A DNA stretch of 64,000 nucleotides, taken from Clostridiaceae bacterium. Its GTDB lineage: Bacteria > Bacillota > Clostridia > Saccharofermentanales > DTU023. The notes beneath the pieces were generated by a model. It was not told the DNA's origin. It did no database searches and worked only from the letters and a program-made list of their open reading frames with translations. Shown piece after piece: positions 8,348 to 16,934 of this stretch. A program made the position numbers and the translations under genes. The stretch is taken from NCBI GenBank assembly GCA_012519085.1, contig JAAYQX010000026.1, positions 2,425-66,424 of the forward strand. Direction: 5' to 3'. Numbering within the stretch: position 1 is the first letter of the stretch; each line of letters begins with the position of its first letter.

Positions 8348-9658
8348 ATGGAGAAATTTAAAGTTGTCCACTATATCAATCAATTCTTTGGCCAGATAGG
8401 TGGAGAGGAAATGGCCACTCATCCGCCGGAGAAACGTTCCGGCCCGGTTGGCCCCGGTTTAGGATTGACGGCACAGTTTAAAGGCGAAGCAGAAATTGTG
8501 GCAACCATTATCTGCGGCGATGGCTATTACAATGAGAATATGGACTCTGCCGCCGCTGCTATTGTCGAGATGGTCCGAGAAGAGCAGCCTGATGTTTTCG
8601 TTGCCGGACCGGCATTTAATGCCGGGCGCTATGGTGTTGCCTGTGGTGCAATCTGTAAAGCCGTCAAAGATGCCCTTCAGATACCGGTTCTAACCGGGAT
8701 GTATGAAGAAAATCCCGGTGTAGACATGTATGGCAAAGAGATTTACATTGTCTCAACCAGAGATAGTGCTGCCGGCATGAGATCAGCCTTGCCTGTCATA
8801 GGTAAACTTTTGTTAAAGCTCGCCCGCGGAGAGCGCATAGGTGCTTCTGTTGAAGAGGGCTATTTTTCACAGGGAATCAGAGTAAACTTCTTTGAGGAAA
8901 AGCGAGGCAGTACACGTGCTGTCGAAATGCTGGTCAAAAAATTAGCAGATGAGCCATTTGTGACAGAATATCCCATGCCATCCTTTGATCGTGTCGATCC
9001 GATGCCGGCCATCAAGGATCTGTCAACAGCCAATATTGCTATTGTCACCTCCGGCGGCATTGTCCCGCATGGAAATCCGGATCGCATTGAGAGTTCTTCT
9101 GCTTCCAAATATGGTGAGTATAGTATTGAAGGTGTTGCTGATTTGGTGGTTGGAGAGTGGGAAACTGCCCATGGCGGCTACGATCCTACGGCTGCCAATC
9201 ATGACGCTGATTGTGTTGTACCTGTTGATGTCCTGCGCGATATGGAGCAGGAGGGCATTATTGGCAAGTTGAATCCTTATTTCTATTCAACAGTTGGTAA
9301 CGGAACTGCCGTTGCTTCTTCCAAGCAATTTGCAGCAGAGATGGCACAGAAATTAATTGAGCAAAATGTCTCGGCGGTTATTCTGACATCTACCTGAGGA
9401 ACCTGTACACGTTGCGGTGCAACGATGGCAAAAGAAATTGAACGTGCAGGTTTTCCTGTTGCTCATATCTGTACAGTAACGCCGATTTCTAAAACAGTCG
9501 GTGCCAACAGAATTATTCCGGCGATAGCTATTCCCCATCCATTAGGCGATCCAAGCCTAGATCCCGCAAATGATAAAAAGTTGAGAAGAGAAATAGTGGA
9601 GAATGCTTTGCATGCTCTGACAACTGATGTCACAGAGCAGACAATTTTTGAAGAATAG
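8348..9658 (+). CDS. grdB: Glycine reductase selenoprotein B (component B gamma subunit); in-frame UGA = Sec at 9395..9397
   Basis: Track ORFs 8348..9397 and 9425..9658 are in the same frame. Read-through gives ...AVILTST-U-GTCTRCGATMAKEIERAGFPVAHICTVTPISKTVGANRIIPAIAIPHPLGDP, the conserved GrdB Sec motif (UxxCxxC). The merged length of 436 aa is typical. Confidence 0.9.
9410..9424 (+). promoter_or_regulatory. Candidate SECIS hairpin for grdB
   Basis: CGTTGC-GGT-GCAACG: a 6-bp perfect stem with a GGU loop, starting 12 nt after the UGA. Confidence 0.5.
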
Positions 9659-9679
9659 GACAAAATTAGGAAGTGAATA

Positions 9680-10630
9680 GTGAATATGGATACTATATAT
9701 GATGTTCTTATAATAGGTGGTGGTCCGGCTGGGCTGACAGCAGGTCTGTATGCCGGCAGAGCCAAGCTGACTGCTGCCATTATCGAAAAAGGTCAGGACG
9801 GAGGACAGATAGCCCTTACCAATGATGTCGAGAATTATCCTGGCTGCAATCCGGAGGGAGAATCCGGCGTAGAGCTGATTAAGCGGTTCTCACGGCAGGC
9901 TGAACGCTTTGGTGTGGTCAGATATGCCGATACTGCTGTTTCGGTAGATCTTGGCGATGAAATCAAGATTGTTAATGGCCATAATGGTCAATACAGAGCA
10001 CGCACAGTGGTAATTGCCAATGGCGCCTATCCTCGAAAGCTGGGTTGTCCCGGTGAGAAAGAGTTTTCGGGCAAGGGTGTAAGTTATTGTGCCACTTGTG
10101 ATGGCAACTTCTTTGAGGATCTGGAAGTTTATGTAGTCGGCGGCGGTGACTCAGCGGTAGAAGAGGCGATGTATCTGACCAATTTTGCCCGTAAGGTTAC
10201 CATCATCCAGCAGTTTCCGTACTTGACCGCGGCCAAATCGATTCAGGAACGCGCTAAACGAAATAGTAAGATTGAATATCTGTTGGGATACGAGGTTCAG
10301 AGTCTGGAAGGCGATGGCTTGTTGCAGAAACTGACTGTGAAGAATATGGAAACCGGCGAGCTGACTACACTAGAAGCAGACGAAGATGATGGGATGTTTG
10401 GCTGTTTTGTTTTCATCGGCTCAGTCCCGGAAACTGAAATCTATAAAGGACAGATTACTCTTACTGAAAGAGGCTATATCCCGACCGACGAGGATATGAG
10501 GACTAATCTACCCGGAGTATTTGCTGCCGGAGATTTGCGTGACAAGTCTGTCAGGCAGGTAGTCACCGCGGCTGCGGATGGCTGTATTGCAGCGATGCAG
10601 GCAGAAAAATATCTGGCTGAATTATCTTAA
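9680..10630 (+). CDS. trxB: Thioredoxin-disulfide reductase
   Basis: 316 aa with the FAD motif IIGGGPAGLTAG, the redox centre CATCDG and the NADPH motif VVGGGDSAVEEA. GTG start with AGGAAG 6 nt upstream. Confidence 0.9.
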   Translation: MNMDTIYDVLIIGGGPAGLTAGLYAGRAKLTAAIIEKGQDGGQIALTNDVENYPGCNPEGESGVELIKRFSRQAERFGVVRYADTAVSVDLGDEIKIVNGHNGQYRARTVVIANGAYPRKLGCPGEKEFSGKGVSYCATCDGNFFEDLEVYVVGGGDSAVEEAMYLTNFARKVTIIQQFPYLTAAKSIQERAKRNSKIEYLLGYEVQSLEGDGLLQKLTVKNMETGELTTLEADEDDGMFGCFVFIGSVPETEIYKGQITLTERGYIPTDEDMRTNLPGVFAAGDLRDKSVRQVVTAAADGCIAAMQAEKYLAELS

Positions 10631-10700
10631 TGGTATTAGTAATTGAGTTAGGCGCGGTCTGCCGTTCAGGCTGTGCCTAAACTGAGAAGGAGAGTCTTAT

Positions 10701-11021
10701 ATGTTAATTGAAGCAGATCGACGCACATTTGAAGCAGAAGTATTGCAGGCAGAAGGAACAGTTATTGTTGATTATTTCAGCGAGAGCTGTGTGCCCTGCA
10801 TGGCCTTGAAACCGCATGTTGAGGAATTGGCCAAACAGTATGGTGACAAATTGAAATTTGTTGCTCTCGATACTGCAAAGGCGCGCCGTGTAGCGATTGG
10901 GCAGAAGATTTTGGGTATTCCTGTTGTTGCGGTTTACCAAAATGGAGAGAAAGTTGAAGAACTGGTACAAGATGATTGTACTGTCGAAGCTGTAGAGGCA
11001 CTGATAAAAAAATACTATTGA
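10701..11021 (+). CDS. trxA: Thioredoxin with atypical active site S-C-V-P-C
   Basis: 106 aa with a thioredoxin fold pattern. The active site reads FSESCVPCMALKP instead of WCGPC. GAAGGAGA ribosome binding site. Confidence 0.85.
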   Translation: MLIEADRRTFEAEVLQAEGTVIVDYFSESCVPCMALKPHVEELAKQYGDKLKFVALDTAKARRVAIGQKILGIPVVAVYQNGEKVEELVQDDCTVEAVEALIKKYY

Positions 11022-11165
11022 CTCGATAGTTTTTATTTGACACTTGTTGCTTTAGACAGGAAAGATGTGGTTGTGAGCTTGTCATAACAGCGCTTTCGTG
11101 TTAAAAAGATATTGGAAATTCATTTTTCCAGAGAGGAACAGGGGAAACCCGGAAAGGAGAATAAC

Positions 11166-11636
11166 ATGGCCATTCTTAAAGATCGCAAGATTATAGTGAT
11201 TGGTGACCGTGATGGCATCCCCGGCCAGGCAATAGCACTTTGTGCTGAATCCGCCGGTGGTGATGTTGTTTTCTCCTCTACCGAATGCTTCGTCTGAACC
11301 GCCGCAGGTGCAATGGACCTGGAAAACCAGAAGCGAGTTCTGGAACTCAGTGAAGAGCATGGCCCGGAGAATATTGTAGTTCTCTTAGGTGCTGCCGACG
11401 CTGAGGGTGCCGGATTAGCGGCTGAAACCGTTTTAGCCGGTGATCCGACTTATGCCGGTCCATTGACTGGAGTCTCGTTGGGACTCAGGGTATATCATGT
11501 GTGCGAGGAAGAAGTCAAACAGGAGTTTGATGAGGCAGTCTATGAGGAGCAGGTCAGTATGATGGAAATGGTTCTTGACGTGGATGACATTCACGAAGAG
11601 ATGCAGAGTTTCCGTGATGAGTATATGAAATTCTGA
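11166..11636 (+). CDS. grdA: Glycine/sarcosine/betaine reductase selenoprotein A; in-frame UGA = Sec at 11295..11297
   Basis: Track ORFs 11112..11297 and 11313..11636 are in the same frame. Read-through gives [58 protein letters not shown]..., the conserved GrdA CxxU motif. AAGGAGA precedes the ATG at 11166. Total length 156 aa. Confidence 0.9.
11302..11322 (+). promoter_or_regulatory. Candidate SECIS hairpin for grdA
   Basis: CAGGT (11305..11309) pairs with ACCTG (11317..11321) around the loop GCAATGG, starting 7 nt after the UGA. The stem is short, so this call is tentative. Confidence 0.3.
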
Positions 11637-11656
11637 CCGGCTGCACATACTTAAGG

Positions 11657-11704
11657 CCTCCGAAGCTTGTGTAGTACATAGGCATGCTTCGGAGGTCTTT
11701 TCTA
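11657..11704 (+). terminator. Intrinsic terminator/attenuator between grdA and grdC
   Basis: CCTCCGAAGC (11657..11666) pairs with GCTTCGGAGG (11686..11695): a 10-bp perfect stem followed by TCTTTTCT. Confidence 0.6.
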
Positions 11705-11789
11705 TGTTTGGAAATCTGTGCCAGGAAAGCAAAGAAATATCTGGCATTCCGAAGCAGAAATTTAGAGATTTTTATTTGGAGGATTATTT

Positions 11790-13343
11790 ATGAACAGTGT
11801 GATTAAGGGGACAAGTTATATCTTGGCGCATACGCCGGAAATGGTTTTATATAATGGCACAACGCAGACTACAGAAAGAACAGTTAATCCGGATAGTGAA
11901 TATCTGAAGGAACTGCCTAAGCATCTGCGTTCTTATGAGGAGGCAGTTGCTTACTATCCCAATCAGGTTTATATCGGGAATGTTACTCCCGAAGAGCTGG
12001 CGCAGATTGAAATGCCATGGTATGACAAGCCGGTTGAGGGAGCAGAGCGCTTTGGACCTTTCGGCGAGATCATGCCCAATGATGAATTTCTGCTCCTGAT
12101 ACAGATTTCAGATGAATTTGACCTGGTCAAATTGGAGGCGGATTTTGTTGAAAAAGTTAGACCTGCCCTTGCTGAAAATCCGGTGGTTACTCCGGCAATG
12201 CTTGACCGTATTAAACCCGGTGTAGAGCTGGCGGAAATCGATAAATTTGTCACGGAAGAAGCTGCCGAGCCTTTGTATTTTGGCGGTGAATTAGTCGGTT
12301 GTGTCAAACGTGCCCATAATATTGATCTCAATCTCAGTGCTCATGTTTTGCATGAAAATCTAGTAACTAAGGCTTCCGGTGTTCTGTCCGTCTTGCATGC
12401 TCTGCGCAGCAGTGATGTTAAGGCTGAAGAGATCGAGTATCTGATTGAGTGCAGCGAGGCAGCCGTTGGTGACCAAAATCAGCGCGGCGGTGGCAATATT
12501 GCTAAATCGATTGCTGAAATTGCCGGACTTCAGAATGCTACCGGCTCGGATACCAGAGGCTTTTGTGCCGCTCCTGCCCATGCTTTGCTGGAGGCGGCTG
12601 CTCTGGTAAAGTCTGGCGTCTTTAAATGTGTTGCTGTGGCCGGCGGCGGCTGTACGGCAAAATTAGGTATGAACGGAAAAGATCATATCAAGAAAGGTGT
12701 ACCGGTTCTGGAAGATATGATCGGCGGTTTCTGTGTCATTATCGGTGAAAATGATGGTGTCAATCCCGAACTGATAACCGACTATGTCGGGCGCCACAGA
12801 GTGGGAACAGGATCTGCTCCGCAGGCTGTTATCTCCTCTTTGGTTACAGATCCGCTGGAGCAGGCCGGGTTAGGTATTCTTGATGTTGATAGATTTTCTA
12901 CGGAGATGCAAAATCCTGATATCACCAGGCCTGCCGGGGCAGGCAATGTTCCTGAAGCTAATTACAAAATGATTGCAGCCTTGGCTGTTATGCGCGGCGA
13001 ATTAGAACGTCCCCAGATGAAAGACTTCATTGCCAAGCATGGAGTAACCGGCTTTGCGCCTACTCAGGGACATATCCCTTCCGGTGTACCCTATATGGGC
13101 TTTGCCCGTCTGGGGTTAATGAATGGTGACTTTAAGCGTGTCATGATTGTGGGTAAGGGAAGCCTGTTCCTAGGTCGTTTGACTAATCTTTTCGATGGAG
13201 TGTCCTTCTTGATGGAGCCTAATCGGGGTGTAAAGAAAGAGGATGACAAGGCGGCCGATACAGATGAGATCCGTCGCTTGATTGCCGAATCAATGCGCGA
13301 TTTTGCTCATAGTCTTATGCTCAAAGCTGAGCAAGAAGTGTAG
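11790..13343 (+). CDS. grdC: Glycine reductase complex component C subunit beta
   Basis: 517 aa, N-terminus MNSVIKGTSYILAHTPEMVLYNGTTQTTER, typical of GrdC. GGAGG ribosome binding site; grdD follows after 7 nt. Confidence 0.85.
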   Translation: MNSVIKGTSYILAHTPEMVLYNGTTQTTERTVNPDSEYLKELPKHLRSYEEAVAYYPNQVYIGNVTPEELAQIEMPWYDKPVEGAERFGPFGEIMPNDEFLLLIQISDEFDLVKLEADFVEKVRPALAENPVVTPAMLDRIKPGVELAEIDKFVTEEAAEPLYFGGELVGCVKRAHNIDLNLSAHVLHENLVTKASGVLSVLHALRSSDVKAEEIEYLIECSEAAVGDQNQRGGGNIAKSIAEIAGLQNATGSDTRGFCAAPAHALLEAAALVKSGVFKCVAVAGGGCTAKLGMNGKDHIKKGVPVLEDMIGGFCVIIGENDGVNPELITDYVGRHRVGTGSAPQAVISSLVTDPLEQAGLGILDVDRFSTEMQNPDITRPAGAGNVPEANYKMIAALAVMRGELERPQMKDFIAKHGVTGFAPTQGHIPSGVPYMGFARLGLMNGDFKRVMIVGKGSLFLGRLTNLFDGVSFLMEPNRGVKKEDDKAADTDEIRRLIAESMRDFAHSLMLKAEQEV

Positions 13344-13350
13344 GTGACAT

Positions 13351-14520
13351 ATGGCAGACAAAAACTATTTAAAGATTGCTGAGGTTTTTCAGGATATAGC
13401 TGACGGCCTGGAAACTGGCTCCTTTGGTAAAAGGCCTACGATTGCCGTAACCGGACATGGTTCCGAGCATGGTGAAGAAAATGTCATGGCCGGCGCTGTT
13501 GCAGCGGCTGCTAAAGGTATAGATGTAGTCTATTTGGGCACGCTGCCGGCCCCGGAGGGATCAGGAGTTAAATCAATTAGCACAACATCGGCTGATAAAG
13601 ATCTGGAAGTGATGGAGGAGCTCCTTACATCCGGTCAGGCGGATGCCGCGGTTGCTATGCATTATTCTTTCCCGATCGGTGTATCTACGATCGGTTTAGT
13701 TGATACGCCGGCCAGAGGCAGAAAAATGTTTCTGGCCTCGACAACGGGTACCAGTAGCTCCGATCGTGTTTCCGGCATGGTGTTAAATGCTATTGCCGGT
13801 GTGGCTGTGGCTAAGGCGGAGGGCAAGAGTGATCCGTCCGTTGGTATTCTCAATTTGGACGGAGCCAGACAGGTGGAGAGGATCTTGAAGCAGCTGACAG
13901 ACAAAGGTTATAAGCTGACTTTGGCGGAATCGGCTCGCGCGGATGGCGGCTGTGTACTGAGGGGCAATGATGTGCTACTGGGTACCCCCGACGTGATGGT
14001 TACAGATTCATTGACGGGCAATGTGCTGATGAAACTGCTTTCGGCCGGCTCTAGCGGTGGTGTATATGAAACTTCCGGTCATGGTTATGGTCCGGGGGTG
14101 GGTGATGGTTACGAGCAGATTGTTCTGATTGTATCGCGGGCATCCGGAGCACCACTAATTGCACGGGCGATCGAATATGCCGCTGATATGGTAAGGGGAG
14201 ATCTGCCGGGTAGAGTGGCCGAGGAATTTGCTGCGGCAAAAAAAGCCGGCTTAGAGCAGATACTCTCTGAACAGCGAGCTAAATCTGCGCCACAAGCAAA
14301 ACCGGAGGATGATTTCGTCAAGCCGGAGAAAGAGATCGTCACCGGTGAGATTGCCGGCGTTGATGTAATGGATTTAGAGGCTGCCGTGACCGCTCTGATG
14401 CGGGCAGGTTATTATGCTGAAAGCGGTATGGGTTGTACAGGACCTATTATCCGGGTGGCAGAAGATAAGCTGGAGGCAGCATATAAAGTATTGCTTGAAG
14501 CGGATTTTGTGAGTGAGTAA
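13351..14520 (+). CDS. grdD: Glycine reductase complex component C subunit alpha
   Basis: 389-aa ORF tightly following grdC. PlsX/Pta-like fold pattern (MHYSFPIGVSTIG, GILNLDGARQ), as in GrdD. Confidence 0.8.
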   Translation: MADKNYLKIAEVFQDIADGLETGSFGKRPTIAVTGHGSEHGEENVMAGAVAAAAKGIDVVYLGTLPAPEGSGVKSISTTSADKDLEVMEELLTSGQADAAVAMHYSFPIGVSTIGLVDTPARGRKMFLASTTGTSSSDRVSGMVLNAIAGVAVAKAEGKSDPSVGILNLDGARQVERILKQLTDKGYKLTLAESARADGGCVLRGNDVLLGTPDVMVTDSLTGNVLMKLLSAGSSGGVYETSGHGYGPGVGDGYEQIVLIVSRASGAPLIARAIEYAADMVRGDLPGRVAEEFAAAKKAGLEQILSEQRAKSAPQAKPEDDFVKPEKEIVTGEIAGVDVMDLEAAVTALMRAGYYAESGMGCTGPIIRVAEDKLEAAYKVLLEADFVSE

Positions 14521-14522
14521 AG

Positions 14523-14578
14523 AGCTGTCCGGAAACAGCTGCATACTGCGATAGAGAAGCGGTATGCAGGCGGACAGC
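14523..14578 (+). promoter_or_regulatory. Nested RNA structure in the grdD-selD spacer
   Basis: Outer stem GCTGTCCG (14524..14531) / CGGACAGC (14571..14578) encloses inner stem CTGCATAC (14539..14546) / GTATGCAG (14562..14569). A competing local hairpin is AGCTGT (14523..14528) / ACAGCT (14535..14540). No U-tract follows. Confidence 0.35.
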
Positions 14579-14616
14579 CTTCGTAAAAGCCTTAAAAGGG
14601 CGGAAAGGAAATTGAC

Positions 14617-15657
14617 ATGTCGGATTTTTGCAAATTGACAACTCTGACTGAAGCTGGTGGCTGAGGAGCGAAAATAGGACCGGGCGTCCTGTCAGATCTT
14701 CTGGCCGGTTTAGACCAGATTGCCGATCCCAATTTGCTGGTAGGATTTGATACCAGCGATGATGCGGCAGTTTATCAGATCAGTCCGGAGATTTGCCTGA
14801 TTCATACACTCGATTTTTTTCCGCCCTTAGTGGATGATCCGTATGAATTCGGGCAGATTGCAGCAGCTAATGCGCTCAGTGATATTTATGCGATGGGAGG
14901 GAAACCAGTCAGTGCTTTGAATATTGTCTGTTTGCCCTCAGATCTGGATCTGCCAAGTGCCAAGGCAATATTGGCCGGCGGCAACGACAAGGTCCTGGAG
15001 GCAGGTATTAATATCTCTGGCGGACATAGTCTGGCGGACAAGGAACCTAAGTATGGTTTGTCTGTCACCGGGGTTGTTCATCCGAAAGAGCTGATTCTGA
15101 ATCGAGGTGCCAAGACGGGTGACCGGTTGGTGCTGACCAAGCCGATCGGATCCGGTGTATTGTCCACGGTTGACAAGGCTGGGCTTTTGAGTGCAGAGGG
15201 TCATCAGACATTGGTGGCTACGATGTCGTTGCTTAACAAGAGAGCCTGTGAGATCGCAAAGAAGTATCAAGTTTCGGCAGGTACTGATGTGACAGGTTTT
15301 GGTCTGATAGGACATGCGCTGGAAATTGCGGAAGCATCGGATAAGGCGCTGGTGATTAAGGCGGAAGAGGTTCCCCTATTACCAGAGGCACTGAAATGGG
15401 CAGAAGAAGGTTTTCTACCCGGTGGTGCCTACCGCAATAGGGAGTATGTTGCCGGACGCTGCTTAGCTGAGACTGATGTGGAGCGTGGCCGGGAGGATCT
15501 GTTCTATGATCCACAAACCTCAGGCGGGCTACTCCTTTGTGTCGCAGCAGAAAAGGCCGCAGATTTCCTGCAGGATCTCAACACAGCGGGATTGACAGCA
15601 GCAATTATTGGTTCAGTAGAAGAGTTTTCAGATTGCAGGATCCGAGTCATTTCCTAA
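14617..15657 (+). CDS. selD: Selenide, water dikinase (selenophosphate synthetase), Sec-containing form; UGA at 14662..14664
   Basis: The track ORF starts at 14734, but the frame is open upstream through one UGA: MSDFCKLTTLTEAGG-U-GAKIGPGVLSDLLAGLDQIADPNLLVGFDTSDDAAVY. The U sits in the conserved SelD glycine-rich loop, where other SelD proteins have Cys. GGAAAGGAA ribosome binding site at 14602..14610. Confidence 0.9.
14674..14692 (+). promoter_or_regulatory. Candidate SECIS hairpin for selD
   Basis: ATAGGAC-CGGGC-GTCCTGT: a 7-bp stem including one U-G, with a G-rich loop, starting 9 nt after the UGA. Confidence 0.45.
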
Positions 15658-15672
15658 TGACTTAGGAGGATC

Positions 15673-16836
15673 CTATCGTTGTACCAGGTCTTTGATCGCA
15701 GAGACGGCATAATCAATCTCGTCTCTGGTGTTCGACCAACCGAAAGAAAAGCGCACGGTTCCCTGCGGATAAGTGCCGAGTGTTTTGTGCGCCCGCGGTG
15801 CGCAATGGAGTCCGCAGCGAGTCATGATGCCGTAGTTGTCAAACAGCCGGGCGGCGATGTCGGCATTATCTTCAGCTGGGAAATCGAGAGATACCGCAGC
15901 GATTCGGCCGGGCCGGTCCGGATTACAATAAGTGGCATCTCTGCCGATCAATCTAACTTGTTTGATTTCCGCGATAGTATTAATAAAATGCCTGGTCAGT
16001 TCAAGTTCGTGGGCCAGGATTTCTCCTTCTTTACCCTTCAACCATTTGTCCGCAGCAGACAGGCCGATCAGACCCGGCAGATTTTGCGTGCCGGCTTCAA
16101 AGCGATCCGGCAATGCTGTCGGTACCTCCTCAGAGTGGGATGTGCTTCCCGTACCGCCAGTGACCAAGGGTTTGCATTCGTTGAATTCGGTGCTGATGGC
16201 AAGACCGCCGATACCCTGAGGACCAAGCAGGCTCTTATGCCCTGTAAAGCAGATGGCATCTGCCTTGAGATCATCCAGCGTGAGTGGCAGGATGCCCGCC
16301 ACCTGGGCACTGTCGACAATCAGATACAGACCTCTGGCACGGGCAATCTGACCGATTTCTCGCAATGGCATCACAGTGCCGCAAACGTTAGAAGCGGCAG
16401 TCATGACGATGGCTCTGGTCTGGGGAAGAATTGCTGCTTCGACTTTCTCCGGAGCAATATAACCGTCTTGGTCTGCAGTTACAGCGGTGAAATTAACCCC
16501 TTGTTTGGCTACTTCCTGCAGCGGCCGCATGACGGAATTGTGCTCCATGGAAGACACGATCAGGTGCTGTCCGGGTTGAAACAGGCCCTTAAGCAGCATA
16601 TTTACCGACATAGTAACATTCTGCGTAAAAATAATCTGACGCGGCGAAGGCGCTCCAAACCGCTCCGCCAAGCTTTTTCTGAGCTCGAATATAGCCAGTC
16701 CGGTGGCACTGGCGCCTGTATATTGTCCTCGGCTGGGGTTGAAGCTTCCCTGTTCGATAAAAGAGTGGATGGCAGAAGCAACTCCGGGTGCTTTGGGATG
16801 AGATGTGCTGGCATTATCAAAATAAACAGTTTTCAT
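15673..16836 (-). CDS. Class-V PLP-dependent cysteine desulfurase / selenocysteine lyase family protein
   Basis: 387 aa with FDNASTS at the N-terminus, the PLP-lysine context FTGHKSLLGPQG and the active-site Cys loop RCGLHCAP. AAGGAGG ribosome binding site. Located between selD and yedE. Confidence 0.8.
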   Translation of the reverse strand: MKTVYFDNASTSHPKAPGVASAIHSFIEQGSFNPSRGQYTGASATGLAIFELRKSLAERFGAPSPRQIIFTQNVTMSVNMLLKGLFQPGQHLIVSSMEHNSVMRPLQEVAKQGVNFTAVTADQDGYIAPEKVEAAILPQTRAIVMTAASNVCGTVMPLREIGQIARARGLYLIVDSAQVAGILPLTLDDLKADAICFTGHKSLLGPQGIGGLAISTEFNECKPLVTGGTGSTSHSEEVPTALPDRFEAGTQNLPGLIGLSAADKWLKGKEGEILAHELELTRHFINTIAEIKQVRLIGRDATYCNPDRPGRIAAVSLDFPAEDNADIAARLFDNYGIMTRCGLHCAPRAHKTLGTYPQGTVRFSFGWSNTRDEIDYAVSAIKDLVQR

Positions 16837-16873
16837 AACAAAAGCCTCCTTGGCTCATTTGTTCAGTATAATT

Positions 16874-16897
16874 TCTGTATTTTTATTCTAATACAGA
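16874..16897. promoter_or_regulatory. Inverted repeat TCTGTAT-N10-ATACAGA in the divergent desulfurase/yedE promoter region
   Basis: Read directly from the sequence. It is centred in the 98-bp divergent intergenic region. Confidence 0.25.
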
Positions 16898-16934
16898 TTT
16901 ATAAAAATATCTTTATCAGTAAAGGAGAGTATCT

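Noticed and set aside
9425-9658. The 77-aa ORF, the 61-aa ORF at 11112..11297 and the 107-aa ORF at 11313..11636, considered as independent small genes
   Set aside because: They are fragments of grdB and grdA created by treating the Sec codon UGA as a stop. Frame continuity and the conserved U-containing motifs support merging them.
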